In this document: positions 49,476-54,779 of the stretch, one piece after another | Layout of the letters: each line of letters begins with the position of its first letter | How positions within the stretch are numbered: the first letter of the stretch is position 1 | NCBI GenBank assembly: GCA_031763465.1 | Contig: JARFOE010000080.1 | Coordinates: 8,978,117-9,032,895, forward strand | DNA length: 54,779 bases | Origin: Squatina squatina | Lineage: Eukaryota | Direction of reading: 5' to 3' | Translations under genes and position numbers: made by a program | The notes under the pieces: generated by a model | The model's database searches: none | What the model was told of the DNA's origin: nothing | The model's input: the letters and a program-made list of their open reading frames with translations, nothing else

Positions 49476-51226
49476 ATCCCTTGGATTTCTTATTGCTCCT
49501 GGTCCCCGAGGCATGCCAGGGAAAGGGCGTGACCCTATGAAGTCTTGTGGTTGATCGGTGAACTGTGACGGCAATATTTCCTGCTGCCTAACCAACATTT
49601 CTATATTGTTTGATTGCCTCATCTTCATGCCATCTTCTTGGCTCGCATTGTGAGAGTGTACTCCTCCAGCTCCTTGTTTTTGCAACACAGTCTCAGAGTT
49701 GGAGCTCATACTCACATTTAGGTTCATGTTGACGTTCATATTCATGTTCATGCTAGTGGGTATCATTCCCATTTGCAAATCTCTTCCTGGTCCTGTTTGC
49801 AATGACGATCCTTTTGGGCGAGGAAATTCCATTCTGATGGGACTTGGAATGCCTTCTCCTGGTAACCTTGGAAAGATGTTGCCATTTGTAGGGTCCAGAT
49901 GTCTTTGTGATTGGAACATTCTGCTCATGTCCACTGCTGGCTGTGCATTGTCCATTCCCATTCCAGGAGACATTATTATCTGTTTTTCTGCTGACTGATG
50001 CTGAAATAGGTCATCTTGCATGTTCTGAGGATTTGGGAACCTCTCCCCTCGGCCTGGGCAACAAAAAAGGCCTGGTCCATGAGGAAAGTTTCTACTATCT
50101 GGCATTTTTGGCATATCATCTGGCCAGTTGACACCTGGAAGACCAGGTGTTGGTATTGGATTTGGGCCACCAGGAGTGTCCGTATCTGCATTTAACATTC
50201 CTGTGAAGCCAGACATTCTCTGCAACTGACTTCCGGGAACTGCTGGGTGGGGTGCTAGACCTCTGGAATGCATAGAGTTTGGAGAGCTCATTCCTTCAAA
50301 AGATTCTGCCCCCCCAGGTACCCATCCCTCTCCTGGATTTATTTGATAAGGTGGTGGTGGCCCTCTGATTATACTTCTTGGGCCATGCTGGTGCATGATG
50401 ATATCCTGTACCGTTCTGTGCTGAACAGCCTGCTCTTGTTTCCTCCGTTTCTCTTTGTAGAATTCCTGCTGCAACTTCAACCATGCTAGTTGCTCTGGAG
50501 TCATGAGATCCATGTGCTCCTGCCCCAGTTGTGAATTAATTACATTTTGCGGTGGTCCCATTTCAGCAGGCTGGAAAAGAACATTGCGATGACCTGATAG
50601 TCCAAACAGCTGAGCTTCTGCCCGAGAACTAGGTGGCTTTCTTATGCTTTGTGACTGTGAAATCATGGCCTCCAGAGGTCCTTCAGGTTTTTTAGCTGGA
50701 TCATCCAGACTCCCAGTGTTCTGCGGGGGACAACTGTTTGAACCTCCTGAATTTTCGCTTTCAGGAAAGAGCATTCTCTGAATGTCTCGCAGCGTCTGTA
50801 ATGAACGCTCTCTGTGCTTCAACTGTTCCTGAGACAGACCCTCTGGATTTTCTCCCATATTCGACATGCTATCTGCAGGTGTCGGTTGTGCTGCCTCTCT
50901 TGACTCACTCTTTGTTTCAGCTTCTGAACTGCTAGTTGGTGTATAAGTAATTTGTGCTATAGGGGTGGATATTTGGTTGCTCGGTGCAGAGCTTCTACAA
51001 GCATCCTCGACAGGTAATGGAGAGCTTTGGGGGCTTCCATCAGAATGCACTTTATTGTCCATGCCTGCATTGTCCTGGACAACAGTCCCATGGGAGCCAA
51101 CATGTTTGGATCCTTCACCTTGCTGAGGTTGGTCCTGTGGAATCCTTGGTGACTGCTGATGGTTTTGTTCTTGCTTCTGTGATGGAGATGATTGCTGATG
51201 GTTTACTGAAGCAATTTGGTGAGCAG
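49476..51226 (-). CDS. BCL9: BCL9 large internal exon with HD2 (beta-catenin binding) and HD3, partial
   Basis: NPEGLSQEQLKHRERSLQTLRDIQRMLFP (HD2), MTPEQLAWLKLQQEFYKEKRRKQEQ (HD3), RGPPPPYQ, PGRGERFPNPQ; both ends in gaps. Confidence 0.95.
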
Positions 51227-51326
51227 NNNNNNNNNNNNNNNNNNNNNNNNNNNNNNNNNNNNNNNNNNNNNNNNNNNNNNNNNNNNNNNNNNNNNNNNNN
51301 NNNNNNNNNNNNNNNNNNNNNNNNNN

Positions 51327-51625
51327 ACTCCTCAAACAAGACTTGGTCCTCGACGTGAGAGCCCTTGATTCTATTCCACAGCATTCTACCCGCCACTATC
51401 TCAGCACAACCCCTGCCCAACACGAGGTTGAAAAGGCCACCCAGTAGCTGAAAAGCAACAAGGCCTTCGGTGCAGACGGAATCTCCGCGGAAATACTAAA
51501 ATACGGTGGAGAGGCACTCGTGGCACGAATCCAAGACCTCATTTCCCTCATCTGGGAGGAGGAGAGCATGCCAGGGATCTCCGAGATGCCGTAATCGTGA
51601 CTATCTTCAAAAAGAAGAGGAGTCT
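51327..51625 (+). mobile_element. RTE-clade LINE RT N-terminal fragment
   Basis: LKSNKAFGADGISAEILKYGGEALVARIQDLISLIWEEESMP..RDAVIVTIFKK, with a stop and a frameshift. Confidence 0.85.
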
Positions 51626-51628
51626 TTG

Positions 51629-51720
51629 AAGGGGCAAGGACAGAATCCATTTGATATCCTTAAGGGGGCAAGGACAGAATCCATTTGATATCCTTAAGGG
51701 GGCAAGGACAGAATCCATTT
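51629..51720. repeat. 34-bp near-perfect tandem repeat (~2.7 copies) at an RTE/CR1 junction
   Basis: aagggggcaaggacagaatccatttgatatcctt repeated, followed by CR1 endonuclease-like sequence (ESI.LELR..KG..TLLG.FYRPPNS). Confidence 0.8.
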
Positions 51721-52439
51721 AGTTAGAGTTGAGAAGCATAAAGGGTATGATCACACTACTAGGGGCGTTCTATAGGCCTCCAAATAGTCGAGAGAGATAG
51801 AGGAGTGAATCTGCAGGGAAATCACAGANNNNNNNNNNNNNNNNNNNNNNNNNNNNNNNNNNNNNNNNNNNNNNNNNNNNNNNNNNNNNNNNNNNNNNNN
51901 NNNNNNNNNNNNNNNNNNNNNNNNNNNNCAGAGGCAACCGCAGGCAGGAAGCCTCCGATCACAATTTCAAGGCCATGATTGTAATTATTTTGTAATTGTA
52001 TAAATTTAAATCCTAGCTCAGCTCCCCATCCTGCAACATTTAACAAATGTGTTTACTTGATTTGAAATTTTCCCCACAAGAAAGTTTAACTTTATCTATT
52101 GGTTCTAATATCTGTTATAGATTTATTCATTTCACATTTTTTTAAATATAGAATATTATCTGCCATTTCTTTTCCAGTGAGTTTGTAGCAGAAGAAGATG
52201 ACGAAAAATTTTGGCAGTTTGTTGACACTGTCAAGGAAATAACATATCTTCAAGGGGGTAAGATTATCTTGTATATCCCACAATGTAAATCTGTGCTAGC
52301 AAATTGGGAAGATTTGGCAGGAAGGAAGGGAACTGTGGCATTGCAGAAGTGCTGACGGTGGTCTGATATGATTGTTAGAAGGGACGTTTAAACATTCAGT
52401 TCCAAGGAGTATAAATACAAGAAATGTTTGCATATACTA

Positions 52440-52634
52440 TAGGTGCCCAATTCGAGGTAAAATCTCGAGCGCAAAATCGACGCAAAACTGGCTTAAAGGC
52501 ACGCGAGGCGCGAAAACGCGGGCGCAAAATTCGGCTCCCGAAACGGGCACAAGGCCCATAAAGCTAGAGGCGCTGGTTTTAGAGTTACAACGGCGCTGCG
52601 ACGTCATAAGTGCACGCGCCGACCAAAATGGCTG
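52440..52634. mobile_element. GC-rich MITE fragment related to 37847-38306
   Basis: Shares gcgacgtcataa..tgcacg..cgacc with 37990-38017. Confidence 0.6.
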
Positions 52635-53225
52635 NNNNNNNNNNNNNNNNNNNNNNNNNNNNNNNNNNNNNNNNNNNNNNNNNNNNNNNNNNNNNNNNNN
52701 NNNNNNNNNNNNNNNNNNNNNNNNNNNNNNNNNNGTGCAGTTGGATGCTCCCCGGGGAGAGTTATAGTTCGAGAGGAATACACTTAAGTGAGCTAAGTAG
52801 TTTTTGACCCCTTTTTTTCACTGATATTCACTGTTTGTTTGAAAATGACTAACTTATCTAACCTGTAGTGAAGCGATGGCAGTGCAATATTTTATTTGAC
52901 CCAATGTGCCAAACAGTAGTGAAAATTGAATCATCTTTTTTATCCAGTGTGCAAAAATCGTCATTTCATATGCAGACACACAAGAGTCCTTTTTCACATG
53001 AAAATTCTTGTGTTTTCTTTGTAATAAAAATAGAACTGTAGGCTATTTGTTGCTTGTGAAATTAGCTGATATGCTTGGGAGCATTCATAATTATACTATA
53101 TTTTGATGCTGCTATTATGGTGTTTGTAAAACAAAAGCAGTTTTATCCACTTTCCTATTTAAACTCAAAGCATTGCTCCTTTAAGAACTTTAGTAATTTT
53201 TTGTTGCTCCCTTTTCTGACTACAG

Positions 53226-53311
53226 GTCCTATTTATTGATCCTGCTCAGGAACACGCGGTTGAACTGGTGAAACTGGCTGAGCTATTCTATCACCACAAT
53301 ATTCCTCTCAG
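53226..53311 (+). CDS. UGGT2: UDP-glucose:glycoprotein glucosyltransferase 2 exon
   Basis: ctacag|gtc..ctcag|gtact; VLFIDPAQEHAVELVKLAELFYHHNIPLR. Not in the ORF track. Confidence 0.85.
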
Positions 53312-54525
53312 GTACTGGCTTATTAAATGAGTTTTCTCCTTTACTATGGTTTAGTGACTATAATCTCTTCCAAAATGAGTTAGCAGTTTGAGAAATGTAA
53401 CAGCTTTTTTGTGGCTCATTTAGAACTTAGCTGTTGCGAGATCTGGGGAAAGAGACAAATCTCAGTATTAATGCATTTATTTTTGAAAATATTCAATTTC
53501 TTAGTAGCAGAGATAAAGAATCAACTGAACAGATTTTGTGGGGATTGGTGTCCTGAATTCTATATTTCTCTTTTGGGACACTGGCAGAAGTAGAGAGGAA
53601 ATATTAGATTTCATCATTGTGAATGCACAAAACCAAGATATTGGCAACAAATGCCATAGGTTAAATTTGTTGTGCTCCCTGATCCTCCAGTGGTGAGCTG
53701 GGAAAATAAGTAGAATACCCCACAGCAAGCATAGCGACAGAACGGGAGCAGTGCGGCCAATGTCTGATACTCACCCAAGGTCTTGGGGCCCCGAGACAGA
53801 ATGAAACAGCAGGGTACTTAATACGCTATAATTTGCCATGACATGGCATCTAATGGTGTCCGCCGTTAGTTATATTTGCCTGTTCACGTTCAGGTTTTAA
53901 CATTTTTTTGCATGGTAAGTTGCTGAAAGTGCGAGCTGATAATGCGCAGTGAGGCAAACATGGCATCTGGGACCTGAGTGAACAGGGCAAGCAACCAATC
54001 AGATTGAAGGATTGTGAAATCAACTATGTAAGGACTGAGAAGGAAGTGTAAATTAGAGTGGGTGAATTCAATGNNNNNNNNNNNNNNNNNNNNNNNNNNN
54101 NNNNNNNNNNNNNNNNNNNNNNNNNNNNNNNNNNNNNNNNNNNNNNNNNNNNNNNNNNNNNNNNNNNNNNNNNTTTCCCCTCACTAATCCAAGCGGCCAA
54201 TTATAATAGCCCAACTATTACTCAGATCAGTTCACTGAGCACAGCATGGGAATTGGACCTGGAATTTTGTGGTCTGTGTGATTCAATGCCGGAAAGAACA
54301 GTGATTTTACTCACTAGGTCTGTTTGAACATATTTACAATGTTTGTTACAATTAATGAAATAGCGTTGAAACACAACATTGGTCAGTGTTTCTGTACTGC
54401 ACGCTGCACACAGCATCAAGTTGACTTCGAATTGAGTAACTTTAGTGTAGTAATATGTTTAAGAATTTTTCTGTTTTATAGAGTAAATTCTACTTTAATG
54501 CCTGTCTTATTTCTGATTTGAATAG

Positions 54526-54690
54526 GCAGGAGCAAACTTTTATAAAACCACTGGCTTGGGTTCACTGCCACAAGGCCTCTTTAATGGTGTTCCCTTTAAT
54601 ATCGATGAGTTGGACCCTGAAGAGTTGGAAACCATCATCCTTCAAAAGATAATGGATGCAACAGGATTTTTTCAAAAGGCAGTTTTCATG
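54526..54690 (+). CDS. UGGT2: UDP-glucose:glycoprotein glucosyltransferase 2 exon
   Basis: aatag|gca..atg|gtatg; AGANFYKTTGLGSLPQGLFNGVPFNIDELDPEELETIILQKIMDATGFFQKAVFM. The AGA.FY..TGLG.LPQ motif favours UGGT2 over UGGT1. Confidence 0.88.
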
Positions 54691-54779
54691 GTATGCTTTA
54701 TATTTTGGGTGTAGTAAGATGTGGTATGTACCAGATTTGATAGTTTAAGATTTTAATGTAGTTTTTCCTATAAATATAA

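Noticed and set aside
48969-51335. 788-aa continuous BCL9 ORF as a shortened isoform
   Set aside because: The frame passes through two N gaps by chance; the missing middle and N-terminus are unassembled, not deleted.
51629-51720. 34-bp repeat as a functional element
   Set aside because: Near-perfect copies at a junction between two LINE fragments on a tiny contig point to an assembly or slippage artefact.

Overview
Vertebrate genomic DNA, most likely from a cartilaginous fish (shark-like), judged from DeuSINE/SacSINE1-like SINEs, abundant CR1/L2/RTE LINE fragments and GC-rich Harbinger-type MITEs. The window is a highly fragmented scaffold of roughly 0.5-5 kb contigs joined mostly by exactly 100 N, so distances and adjacencies are not physical. 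Recognisable coding pieces in order: IRS2 exon 1 (-), a short terminal exon resembling C3orf85 homologues (+), three NECTIN3 exons (+), a decayed PIF/Harbinger transposon (DDE transposase +, Myb/SANT gene -), one ADD-domain exon of a divergent DNMT3-family gene with DNMT3L-like residues (-), a CARD-encoding exon (+), the first coding exon of a divergent intron-containing cytochrome c (-), GJA8/Cx50 (-), BCL9 (-, two contigs) and two UGGT2 exons (+). I found no coherent new multi-gene system. The best leads are the DNMT3L-like exon, the divergent cytochrome c, the orphan CARD exon, and a pattern of lesions at normally invariant sites in IRS2, NECTIN3 and BCL9. All homology comparisons use recalled reference sequences and need confirming by search.
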